Source: an uncultured Acidobacteriota bacterium
Lineage (GTDB): Bacteria > Acidobacteriota > UBA6911
Assembly (NCBI GenBank): GCA_963827655.1
Contig: CAWHCF010000009.1
Location: 19,791 to 83,790 of the forward strand
DNA: 64,000 nucleotides
Reading direction: 5' to 3'
This document shows positions 42,018 to 52,400 of the stretch, piece by piece. A program made the position numbers and the translations under genes. Below the pieces are notes generated by a model. That model did not search any database and was not told the DNA's origin. It saw only the letters and a list, made by a program, of their open reading frames with translations. Numbering within the stretch: position 1 is the first letter of the stretch; each line of letters starts with the position of its first letter.

Positions 42018-43178
42018 CTAACCCTTCAATTGCAAATTCCTTGTCAGGTCCAGGTTATATGAATACTGGCTCATGTCCACCTTTGCACCGTAAACGAGCA
42101 GAGGAATCCGAGACTCGTGACGCGAACCATGCGAGCGTACCTTTACGGGCTCTCTGCCTTTTTCAAGCTCGCCGAACACATAGTCCTTCTTCGCCAGTAC
42201 GAAAAGATCCCCAATCCGGTCCGGATAGAGATGAAACTCGGCGGCAGCTCTTCTCGAGTCGAAGACTTCTTCAACACCTTCTGTTTGCGTGAGAATCTCA
42301 ATTGCTCTGGACTTGTCGCTGATCCGGTCCAGATACACGTAGCAGGCCCCGCCGAGATTGCTGTGATGTGTCCTGTGGGCATCGCGAATAATCGGGATCG
42401 CTTCCGATAGAATTGATTTTTCCCGCAGGATCAGCGCGGGATTAATGCCCTCGCGCTTGGCGTTCATTCCATGATCGGCTGTCAGATAGATTTCAATGCG
42501 AGGGTGGTCATCGACAATGTCCGCCAGCATCTTGTCCAGTCGATGCAGGTGCTCGAGAGAAGGACTCTCCTCGGGACCATAGGTGTGCATCATATAGTCG
42601 GTAGTCGAAATGTACATCAGATCGACAGAATCGCTCTTCAAAATCAGACGGGCCGCCCGGAAGGTCCAGTAGTTCACGTCGGCCGAGTACATCTTCTCTT
42701 TCTGCCCGATGCGCTGGATCCACTCCGACTCCGGCTTCTCCGCGGAAACAACGATGTCCGCCCCGCGGGAGCAAAGCGTCCGCACCTTGTCCTTAGAACT
42801 GACCAGTGCAGTTCGCAACCCGAACTTCTTTGCCTTTTCGAAGATTGTAGGCTTCAGGAGAAACTCGGCCGACTCCATCTCAGATGAAGTTTTCGTGCGT
42901 CGGTCGTAGTGATAGTTCGTGGTAATGCCATGCTCGATTGGAAAGGAACCGGTCACGAGTGAAGCGTTATTGACATTCGTCACCGATGGAATCACACAAA
43001 GCCCGGCTTTCAGCCCTCCCTCCTTACCTATGCGCTTCAGGTTCGGCATGTCGCTCGCTTCCAGATAGTCCATCCCGAATCCGTCCACCAGTACGATGAC
43101 TATCTTTCTACCCGGGTGGCGGCTCTGACCTAAAGCAGTGGCAGCGAGACTTGCGAAGATGAAATGGCGTCTGGTCAT
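42018..43178 (-). CDS. phnA: Alkaline phosphatase superfamily, phosphonoacetate hydrolase-like, Tat-like signal
   Basis: VDG, PSVTNVNN, TTDYMMH, TADHGM, RSHG; MTRRHFIF. Confidence 0.75.
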   Translation of the reverse strand: MTRRHFIFASLAATALGQSRHPGRKIVIVLVDGFGMDYLEASDMPNLKRIGKEGGLKAGLCVIPSVTNVNNASLVTGSFPIEHGITTNYHYDRRTKTSSEMESAEFLLKPTIFEKAKKFGLRTALVSSKDKVRTLCSRGADIVVSAEKPESEWIQRIGQKEKMYSADVNYWTFRAARLILKSDSVDLMYISTTDYMMHTYGPEESPSLEHLHRLDKMLADIVDDHPRIEIYLTADHGMNAKREGINPALILREKSILSEAIPIIRDAHRTHHSNLGGACYVYLDRISDKSRAIEILTQTEGVEEVFDSRRAAAEFHLYPDRIGDLFVLAKKDYVFGELEKGREPVKVRSHGSRHESRIPLLVYGAKVDMSQYSYNLDLTRNLQLKG

Positions 43179-43312
43179 CGGTCTCCGTTCCACGGTGAAC
43201 CATCCTTTTCCCGATTCAACGCTCGATTACGACAAAGCCGGACCTTCGAGGGTTGAAATATGCCATTTAACGTTCAACCAGGAGCGCCGGTCACGGGCCA
43301 TACACTCGCGGA

Positions 43313-44125
43313 TCAGCGAGTCCGGCTCACGTCGCGGATCGCCTGAATAATGAGCTCAGGTTGATCGCGCTGGATGAAGTGTCCACTCTTTTCAGCGAGT
43401 CGAAACTCCCCGTGCGTTGAGCGCTTCGCGAGATCCTCCTGAAACTCTCTCCAAATGCGATCCCATGCCGCAAACTGCTCTTCGGTCATTCGGTTTGTTT
43501 GCGAGTCGCTTCCGTCACGCGCCTTGCGTGGAAACGGAGTTCCGCGACCGATCACGATCAACGGAAGCTCCGTTCGCCATTCCAGCCGCTCACCCGGTTT
43601 CACAAAAAAACCAAGCCGCGCAGTCACGTCGGTAAGGCCCGGCCCCTGGGGATCGAGTTCATGCAGCCGCAGTGCTTGTTCCTCATGGGACGAATCCACG
43701 AACACCAGTCCGGCCGCTTCGCGCGGATATCTTGTTACGAAGCGCCGGGCATAGAACCCCGAGTTCGAATGACTCACCAGGATGAAAGGCCCTTTCTCGC
43801 CCGACGCTTCGAGCCACGCGTGCAGATCGTCTACGACTTCATCAACCGATTGCAGTTTGACAGGCGCCTTGTCGCTCTCGCCAAAATTGGCGTGATCATA
43901 ACTGCACACCCGCGTGAAACTCGCTACGGCAGGTTGGATCGTTGCCCAATCCTGGGCTGTTCTCCCGCCGGCCGGAATCAGTACCACCGTTGGTGAACGC
44001 GTAGCTTCTCCGTCGCAGTAGACGGACAAGCGACGATCTCCAATGCCGATCATCCGCTGTTCACCGAATGCCGCAATCGAGGTGGCCAGCAGGCTGGCGA
44101 TGATGAGGAGAGAGACCCGGAGCAT
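43313..44125 (-). CDS. Secreted alpha/beta hydrolase
   Basis: RVCSYD, SHSNSG, FVDSSHE, SGHFIQRDQP. Confidence 0.85.
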   Translation of the reverse strand: MLRVSLLIIASLLATSIAAFGEQRMIGIGDRRLSVYCDGEATRSPTVVLIPAGGRTAQDWATIQPAVASFTRVCSYDHANFGESDKAPVKLQSVDEVVDDLHAWLEASGEKGPFILVSHSNSGFYARRFVTRYPREAAGLVFVDSSHEEQALRLHELDPQGPGLTDVTARLGFFVKPGERLEWRTELPLIVIGRGTPFPRKARDGSDSQTNRMTEEQFAAWDRIWREFQEDLAKRSTHGEFRLAEKSGHFIQRDQPELIIQAIRDVSRTR

Positions 44126-44187
44126 GCTGATTTTATAGCGCACAGGGACAAGAGAACACATTGCAAGTGACCCACTGGGCCATTGAC

Positions 44188-44310
44188 GCGGATAGGCGGA
44201 ACAAAGAGTCATCTTCGGCTCAAGGCAGCGGTTAGTCAAGTTCGGAGAATAGGGCTCATGTCAACTCGACGCCCCTGGAAGTTCCCGTGCCGCGCCGGCG
44301 ACTGCCATCT
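44188..44310 (-). mobile_element. IS91/ISCR-like oriIS end, copy A (123 bp)
   Basis: Shared with 53689, 54971 and 59139; minus-strand terminus CTCTTTGTTCCGCCTATCCGC. Confidence 0.7.
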
Positions 44311-44343
44311 CAACAAGTCAGGGCAGGCGCCGAGCGCGGGGCC

Positions 44344-44705
44344 GAATGGACTACCGCCGGATCCGGTGCGCGTTTCCGTTTGATCGTCCACCACACCGAC
44401 GCCGAGCGCGAGTGGGCTTATGACCGCCAGTAACGGTGACCTCGAAGTAAGACAGATATTTTAAGCTAAACGCCTTCACAATAGAGGTAAACTGCCGTGG
44501 GATCCCAGCTGGGTTTTGCTTCACAACTCTGCTTGCTTGTGCGATGCTGCATCCGCTTTGTCTTCCCACCGCTCGCTCCAGTGCTCCAATATTACCAATG
44601 GGGTCCCACATCGGGAAGTTGGACAAGGCCCGGGACGAAGCCACCGTGAAAGGATGGACGGTGGTGGACATGAAGAAAGATTGGGAAGCAGGCTTTCCGC
44701 CGCCG
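44344..44705 (+). pseudogene. Second HAD-family C-terminal fragment, interrupted by a 173-bp insert
   Basis: EWTTAGSGARFRLIVHHTDAEREWAYDRQ | insert 44431-44603 | SHIGKLDKARDEA..GWTVVDMKKDW. Confidence 0.7.
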
Positions 44706-44883
44706 GCTCGATGAGCTCGCAGGCCGACATAATGACCTGGCTCGGTAAGACCTACGATGAGAGGCCTTGATTGCCGAGACTCCTTCTCCCGGTGGGAGAG
44801 GGAAACAACGCAGGATCGTGGGATCGCTGAACAATGCTTTGTTCCGCCCTGCAAGTTGTACGTTTCTGAAAGGAGGAAACGCA

Positions 44884-46096
44884 ATGAGCAAACAGATTGT
44901 GGCAGTAACGTTGGTCCTGGCGATGGTCTTCACTCCCTACACAACATTGGGTGAGCCGGCCGGGCCGACTCAGAGTAGCACCGAGGATCAACAGGCGATG
45001 GACAAGCTGCTGGCGCCCATCGCACTTTATCCGGATGCACTGCTGGCGCAGACCCTCGCCTGTGCCAGCAGCCCGGACCAGGTGCACGAGGTGAGCGAGT
45101 GGCTGAAGAAAAACAGCAACTTACAGGGGAGCGACCTTCAGAAAGCCGCGGAACAGGCAGGCTTCGATGCCAGCTTTGTGGCGATTGTGCTGTTTCCCGA
45201 CGTGCTCAAGCTGCTGGAAGACAATAAACCATGGACCACCGAACTCGGCAAGGCGTTCTTGAGCGATCAGAAAGCCGTGCTGGCGTCGGCGCAGCGCTTG
45301 CGCGAACAGGCGAAAAAGGTCGGTAACCTGAAAACCACTCCTCAGCAGGAAGTGAAAACCGAAACCTCGAGCGGACAGCAGGTGATTGTGATTCAGCCCG
45401 CCAACCCTCAGGTTGTGTATGTGCCGCAATACAACCCGGAAACGGTCTACACCACTCCGGCACCGCCACCCCAGCAACAAAGTAGCAGCAGCGGGGATGC
45501 TATGGCAGCGGGATTGATCGGGTTCACGGCCGGCATCATTCTCGGCGCAGCCGTGGCAGACGATAACTACGGCTACTCCGGTTGGGGTGCCTGGGGTTGT
45601 GGCTGGCACACCAACACCGTGGTGGTTCGTGGCGGAGCATGGCGCGTGCCACCGAGGGCGCGCTATCCCTACGCGCGACCTGTCAATGGCTATCGCGCGC
45701 CGGCCAACGTGTATGCTCCGCGCTCCAGCAACGTGAACGTCAACGTCAACCGGAATGTGAACGTCAACAACGTGAACGTCAACAACGTGAACCGACAGAA
45801 TACGGTGAACGATCGCACACCGCGGCCGACCACTGCGACATCCACACGAGCGACAGCTCCCGCACAGAACACCGCGGCTACGCGACAAGCGCGGCCTGAC
45901 GCGAATACCTCGAACTCGGCTTCGCGTGGACGTAGCTCGGCTTCTACTTCGGCAAATCCGAGTCCCGCGAAGCAAATGGAAAGCGGCTCGCGCACCAGCG
46001 CATTTTCCGGCTACCAGAATGCCAGTGAAGAGCGGCAAGCAAGTTCCCGTGGTAGTCGCAAGTTCATCGGGTGGCGGCGCACGCGGCCGGCGTTAA
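44884..46096 (+). CDS. DUF3300 domain protein (frameshift near 46060)
   Basis: LLAPIALYPDALLAQ, IQPANPQVVYVPQYNP; alternative frame ends GGGARGRR* at 46096. Confidence 0.85.
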
Positions 46097-46113
46097 AGGT
46101 GAAAGGAGAGATC

Positions 46114-47034
46114 ATGAATACTAAAACGAGAACCCGCCTATATGTGCTGGCCGCGATTCTGATTCTAGTGACCCCACGCGCGTGGGGGCAGAAACCGGCC
46201 CAGGAAACTTTTCCGACGGCGGAAGATGCCGTCGTCGCCATGGTTGACGCCCTGAAAGCGGACGACAAGCAGAAACTGCTGTCCATTTTTGGACCCGAGG
46301 TTCGCGAAGTCGTATCCTCGGATAACGAAGCCGCCGACCGCAATGGCCGCGACTTGTTCCTTGCCGCCTACCACGAACGTGCCCGGCTTCTGGGAAATTC
46401 GACCAAGAAGACGCTGCTCATTGGAAGCGAGGAATGGCCCTTCCCAATCCCTCTGGCTCGGGGAGCCAGCGGGTGGAAATTCGAGACGGCGCTGGGTCTT
46501 CAAGAACTTCGCAACCGGCGCATTGGGCGCAACGAACTCGCCACAATCCGCACGTGCTTGGAGTTCGTCGACGCGCAAAAGGAGTACGCGCAAACGGGCC
46601 ATGACGGTAAACCGGCCGGCGCCTTCGCACAAAAGTTCGTCAGCGAACTCGGCAAGCAGAATGGCCTGTATTGGAAGGTCGAAGAAGGCCAAGAGCCCAG
46701 CCCGCTAGGTGATCTGGCTGCAGAAGCTGCCGCCGAAGGCTACAAGCGTAGTACCGACAAACCGAACCCGTTTCGCGGCTATTACTTCCGAATCCTTACC
46801 GAACAGGGTGCAAACGCAAGAGGCGGCGCGAAGAATTACCTCGTCAACGGCGAAATGCGCGACGGGTTTGCGATGATTGCCTTCCCGGCGGAGTATGGAG
46901 CCAGCGGAGTGATGACTTTCCTTGTCAGTCGGGATGGAGTTGTTTTTCAAAAGGACCTCGGCTCGGATACGGCCAAGGTTGCCGGTGAAATAAAGGAGTA
47001 CAATCCCGACAAAACTTGGGTGAAGGCCAACTGA
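46114..47034 (+). CDS. DUF2950 family protein
   Basis: Own RBS AAGGAG plus ATG; WPFPIPL, RRIGRNEL, GYYFRIL, YGASGVMTF. Confidence 0.9.
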   Translation: MNTKTRTRLYVLAAILILVTPRAWGQKPAQETFPTAEDAVVAMVDALKADDKQKLLSIFGPEVREVVSSDNEAADRNGRDLFLAAYHERARLLGNSTKKTLLIGSEEWPFPIPLARGASGWKFETALGLQELRNRRIGRNELATIRTCLEFVDAQKEYAQTGHDGKPAGAFAQKFVSELGKQNGLYWKVEEGQEPSPLGDLAAEAAAEGYKRSTDKPNPFRGYYFRILTEQGANARGGAKNYLVNGEMRDGFAMIAFPAEYGASGVMTFLVSRDGVVFQKDLGSDTAKVAGEIKEYNPDKTWVKAN

Positions 47035-47236
47035 AACGACTTGGAGGTTTCGAGGTGAATGTTGAACGAGGTTCGAGCACAGAAACCGTTCCGGAAACCA
47101 GGCGAGAGCGGGCGCGTTTTCCTCTTGGTCTGCGTCGACTGCTCTCGAAGAAGCGCATTTCGACCACGCGAACCTTCACGATGGCGGCATTGTCCAGCGA
47201 GACGTGGGCCACGCCGTGCCCGCGCTGCGCCAAGGT

Positions 47237-49132
47237 TCAGTTACGTGGCAGAGCGTACGCCACGATCCCGGTAGGTCCTGCGGGTGCAGGGAGGTTGGCG
47301 TCGGCGCCGGCACCCGATGCCGTGACAAGGAGGTACTGTCGCCCGCCAAGTTCGAACATGGAGGGCGATCCACTGGTTGTACCACCCAACTGAAACTCAC
47401 ACAACTGCTTGCCAATGGTGCTGTCGTACACGTGGACCTTGCGGTCAGCGGCCGTGACGAACAAGAGTCCCGTGGCGGTGGGGATGATCCCCCCCTTGAT
47501 CGTCGCCGCCGTACCCGTTCCTGTCACGCCTTGGCCGACCAGACGCAGATCGTCGCCGAGCCCAATCTGCCACTTGATCGTGCCCTTGTTGAGATCGTAC
47601 GCCGTCAACGTGGTGTATGGCGGGTTGATGATCGTCGGGAAGAGTCCGAAGCCGTCCGTCACATACCGTCCCTCTGTCACAACCTCCTGTGCGCCGCCGC
47701 GTCTTCCCGGGCGTACCTCGCCCGGCTTCAGGAGTCGAATGATCGTCGGCACGTTGAAGCCGATGACGTACACGCTGCCGTCCGTCGGATGGGCCGCCGT
47801 GCTGCCCCAATTCGATCCGCCCTGATTGCCAGGCATGTGAATTACCTCGTCAAACCCGATCGGCGTGAAGGGCCCTTCATTTCGGGCCTTCAGGATGCGC
47901 TTCCTGAACTGCTCACGTTCCTCCGTCGTCAGCATGTTCGGATTCAAATCGTCCACCGTGAACTTCTGACGGGAGAAGGGCGGCGGGTTGGTCGGAAACG
48001 GCTGCGTGGGCCACAGCTGCTCACCGGGGACATCCGTCCGCTGGGGCACGGGCCGCTCTTCGATCGGCCAGATCGGCTGTCCCGTGACGCGATCAAACAC
48101 ATAGAGGTAGCCGGTCTTGCTGGCCATGGCGACGACATCGATGCTCCGGCCGTTCCGGCGGATGGTCGTCAACTGCGGGGCCGAATTGTTGTCGAGGTCC
48201 CAGATGTCGTGGTGGACCGTCTGGAAATGCCACAGACGCTTGCCGGTCCTGGCATCAAGTGCGATCAGGCAGTCCGCAAAGAGATTGGCGCCTTTTCGGT
48301 TCCCCCCATAGAAGTTGTACTTGGCGCTCGAAGTGGGGACGTATACGATGCCGCGCTTCTCGTCGATCGACTGCTCCCCCCAGTTGTTGGCGCCGCCCAC
48401 GGTCTTCCACGCATCTTCGGGCCAGGTGTCGTAGCCGAACTCGCCGGGCCGCGGCACGGTGTGAAAGGTCCACGCCAGGGCCCCTGTGCGTACATCGAAC
48501 GCCCGAATGTCGCCGGGCGCCGAGGCGTACTCCTGATTCGTCGCCGAGCCCATGATGATGAGGGTTTCGAATACGCGCCCCGGTATGCGGGTTTGCTGGT
48601 TGATCGTCGACGGATCCCGGTCCAGACCCACTCGCAAATCCACGCGGCCGTTCACTCCGAACGAGGGAATGGTCAGCCCGGTTTGCGCGTCGATCTCCTG
48701 GAGGAAGTTGTTCGAGCTGAAAATCAGACGGCGGTCCTTGCCGTCCTTGCTCTCCCAGTAGTTCACGCCTCGACTGTTAAAGCCCTGAACACCCTCGTGG
48801 ATCCAGATCTGCTTTCCGGTCGCAGCATCGAGCGCCACGAAAGCGCCGTTCGCGCCGCGGCCGTAGATGACCCCGCGCACGACGAGAGGATTGAAGTCGG
48901 TCTGGCCGGCGGCGTACGTCCAGACCACCTGAAGCTGGTTCACATTGGACTTGGTGATCTGCTTCGCGGCGACGAACCGGGAGCTGTCGGGGCCGCCGGC
49001 GTAGTCGCGCCATTCGCGCTGGTCCTGGTCGGAGACCGAGAGTCCCGTAGCACCGACCGCCGCCAGCATCATCGCTGCCTTGACGACGCCGACCGTCCAA
49101 CGTGATAGTGCTGAACTCCGTTTCCTGGCCAT
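47237..49132 (-). CDS. PQQ-dependent (glucose/quinate-type) dehydrogenase
   Basis: SRGVNYW, GDIRAFDVRTG, GGANNW, WHFQTVHHDIWD, GGRQY. Confidence 0.9.
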   Translation of the reverse strand: MARKRSSALSRWTVGVVKAAMMLAAVGATGLSVSDQDQREWRDYAGGPDSSRFVAAKQITKSNVNQLQVVWTYAAGQTDFNPLVVRGVIYGRGANGAFVALDAATGKQIWIHEGVQGFNSRGVNYWESKDGKDRRLIFSSNNFLQEIDAQTGLTIPSFGVNGRVDLRVGLDRDPSTINQQTRIPGRVFETLIIMGSATNQEYASAPGDIRAFDVRTGALAWTFHTVPRPGEFGYDTWPEDAWKTVGGANNWGEQSIDEKRGIVYVPTSSAKYNFYGGNRKGANLFADCLIALDARTGKRLWHFQTVHHDIWDLDNNSAPQLTTIRRNGRSIDVVAMASKTGYLYVFDRVTGQPIWPIEERPVPQRTDVPGEQLWPTQPFPTNPPPFSRQKFTVDDLNPNMLTTEEREQFRKRILKARNEGPFTPIGFDEVIHMPGNQGGSNWGSTAAHPTDGSVYVIGFNVPTIIRLLKPGEVRPGRRGGAQEVVTEGRYVTDGFGLFPTIINPPYTTLTAYDLNKGTIKWQIGLGDDLRLVGQGVTGTGTAATIKGGIIPTATGLLFVTAADRKVHVYDSTIGKQLCEFQLGGTTSGSPSMFELGGRQYLLVTASGAGADANLPAPAGPTGIVAYALPRN

Positions 49133-49440
49133 CAACACGACCTCCGCGTCTTTAGAGCTCGACTACCTCGGTACGTCCCCGGCCGAGCCGCCCGTAACAT
49201 TACACTAGCAAGTGTCCGCCGTGAATCTCGATGTTTTCCCCGATGAAACAGCCGGCGGAGTCGCATGCCACAAAATGCGGCGCCTTTAAACCTCTCACTT
49301 TTCTCGAGAAGGTGCATTTTCCGGCATGAGCCCTGCTGCCAAGCGGGACCTGCACTTCGCGGGGACCAAGACAATTGCGGCCTACGCGGCACAGGCGCCC
49401 GTCCCCTGAGCTGCGTCATCACCTGAGGGCTTCTACTTCA

Positions 49441-52400
49441 CTAGGTCGTGCGCCGAATGGCGCGACGGATCGCCTCCTCGATTCGGCTTCCGATTCGGTC
49501 GAATCCGAGTGCCTCTGCGACTTCCCGTACGATCTGCTCGTCCGTTAATAGCTCACCGCTCTTAACCCAGGTCACCATCTGATCAAGCTCGCGATCCGAG
49601 TAAAGTGTAATCTGTCCGCGTCCGGATGGTACGGGCGGCCGAGGCTGGCGACGCGGAAGCGAAACTTCCATCGGTCCCGCCGATTTGCCGTCTGCCACGT
49701 CTTCAATACCGGACTGTGAGTCGGGCGGACAGTCCGCGCGACGCACCGCTTCTTCGTACCTCTTCAGCGTCCGTGCAATCTCCTCGTCGCGTCGTAGGAA
49801 CCAGTCCGTTGACCAGATCCGATGAAACACCCAGCCCAGCGCCTCGAGGTGCTGTTGTCGAAGCCGGTCCCTGTCACGCGCAGTCGGGGATGCGTGGTAC
49901 GACGCGCCGTCACACTCAATGGCGAGCACCGACTTGCCCGGCTGCGCCGGATGCATGGCAACGAGATCGATACGATAACGTGACGCGCCGAGCTGCGGAA
50001 CCAGAGTCAGTCCACTTTTCACGAGCGCATCGTGCACCGACTGCTCGAAGTCATTGAGCGGCACGGCAGTGACGACGCTGCCGTCAAGGCGTCTGCCGCC
50101 TGACGAGGCGTATTCGAGATAGGCGCGCAGCAGTTCGACGCCCTTGGCTTTCGAACGGCCAGGCGCCATGTCGTGATGGCTGAACGAGGACACGACATCT
50201 ACCCGCTGCCGTGCGCGCGTGATCGCCACGTTCAGGCGCCGTTCTCCTCCTTCGCTCAGCAGGGGTCCGAACCGATACAGCAGCTTGCCGGCAGGGTCCT
50301 TTCCGTAGCCGACGGTCAGGATAATTGCCTCGCGCTCGTCGCCCTGTACTCGTTCAAGGTTCTTTACAAAGAAGCGCTCGTGACGGTCGGCTGCGAAAAA
50401 ATCGTCCAACTCTGGATGGTCCAGCCGAGCACGATCAAGCGCGGCTTCCACGCGCTGCGCGTGTTTGATACCCATGGCGATAACGCCCAAGCTCGCGTCA
50501 GGCCGTGTGCTGGCATGCTCCAAGACCAACTGCACCACTTTCTCGACTTCGGCCCCGACGCTCTCCTCGTTGCCGGCCCCTGACGTGTGGGGCGCGAGGT
50601 GGTGCGTGAGCGCAGGCGTGCCTCCCGGGCCCGGGAACGTTACTAGCCGGTCACCGTAGATATGACGATTCGAGAAGGCAATGAGCGCTTCGTCCCGGCT
50701 CCTGTAGTGCCAGTCAAGGGACCACACGGGCTCGAGAAACGCCGACATCACGTCGAGGATGCTCTCGAACCCGGTGACCTCGGCGGCCTCGTCCTCGTCG
50801 ACTTCTCCTTCGCCGGCTGCGAAGAATGTCGTCGGAGGGAGCTGGTGTCGGTCGCCGGCGACCACCGCCCGTCGCCCGCGGAGCAGGGCTGTCGCGGCAT
50901 CCTCCGGCAGGACCTGGCTTGCCTCGTCGAAAACAACGATATCGAAGAAGGGCCGCTCCGCCGGAATCAGTTGGCTCACCGAGAGGGGGCTGGCCATCCA
51001 GCAGGGGCGGAGCGCCAGGAGCACGTCGGGGGCTTCGCCGAGCAACCGGCGCAGGGGCAGATGGCGCGACTTCTTCTCGGCCTCACGCGACACGACGCTG
51101 TCCTGGTCACGATACCGATTGCGAACCGCAATCACTTGCTCAGCATGGGCGCGTCGCACGCGATCGACGGCAACCTTCAATCGCTGCCGATCCAGCTTCT
51201 TGAACTCCTCCACAAGGTCGTCATGGCTTCGGCCGCTGAACGCCGGGATCGATGGATCCTGTCGCCACGCCTCGTCGAGACACGAACGTAACCACGCGTA
51301 CGTGAACACGTCGCTCCACAGACTAGGACCTGGCTTGCAACGTCGAATCTCCTTCAGGCTGCGACCGCCATCGATTTGTTGGAGTTCGCGCTCAAGTTCG
51401 GCCGCACGGGCAATCCGAAACGGCGTGACGCTATCGCCTGCCAGACGGGGTAGCCAGTCGGCGAGCGTAATCAGCGTCAAACCGCTTAGCGGTCGCCCTG
51501 GAAAGGAAAGCATCAGTCCCGTGAGGTCATCGCTCACCTCACCGAACGCATGTCGCAGCCGTGAGGCGTCCGGAACAGGACGAGGAGAGGTGTCCGGACG
51601 CGCAATGTCCCTCCACCTGCTGCGCACCGAGCGAAGCTCGTCCACTTCCTGAAGCAGGGTCCCGACTGAGGCCTTTCCGGCCGTGCGCGAAGCGAGGAGC
51701 GCGGCTCGGGATACCCGGAAGTCACGGTTGGTGCAGAATGCCCATGCTCGACCGAAAACATTGCGACCCTTGCTCAGACACGATGCCAACCGATCGAGAT
51801 CCAAGCCAAAAACAGACCTATCGTACCGAGCCACAGCAGCATCGGTGGCGGCCAGCACATCCAACATCTCTTGCACGTCCTGCACGCTGGTGCACGGACG
51901 AACAGTGTTGGTGGATTCGAAAGCCTGCAGCGCCGAGGCGACTTCCGGCCATCGCTGGGCCAGCCGGCCAGCCCGCTCCATCGCTTTCTGCGCGATGGTC
52001 GCGGTCGTTAGAACCGCCCCTGTCCAAGGCGAGGGGTCGTCACCTGTGACAAGCCCCGAAAACCCCGACGCGAGTTCCCGCAGGAGGTTTGTCGCTTGCT
52101 CAGCCTTCGGTGCATCGAGGCCGACGAGCTCCGCGCCAGCCCAACGCGCGTCATTTCGGGCCGCATCCGGCAGACTCTCCAGCTTGCCCAGGACTGCGTA
52201 GACACTGAGTTCGGCCGGGGCACGTCGATCGTGCATGCGACGGACGTGGGCATTCAGCTTATCGCGCTTGTCAACGAACTGTCGATGCAGCGACGCCGCG
52301 TCAGGCATCGGGACGGATCGGATCAGGTCAAGGCTGTCCTTGAGCTGACGAGCCACGAGCTTCTTGGAAATGTCCGCGCCGTGGAGGTCGAGGCAGAGAT

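Noticed and set aside
45728-45812. AACGTG/AACGTC tandem repeats
   Set aside because: Encodes the NVNVN low-complexity tract usual in DUF3300 proteins.
44767-47034. Apparent 755-aa DUF3300-DUF2950 fusion
   Set aside because: DUF2950 has its own RBS and ATG at 46114, and a one-base shift near 46060 restores a normal GGGARGRR* end for DUF3300; likely a sequencing artefact.
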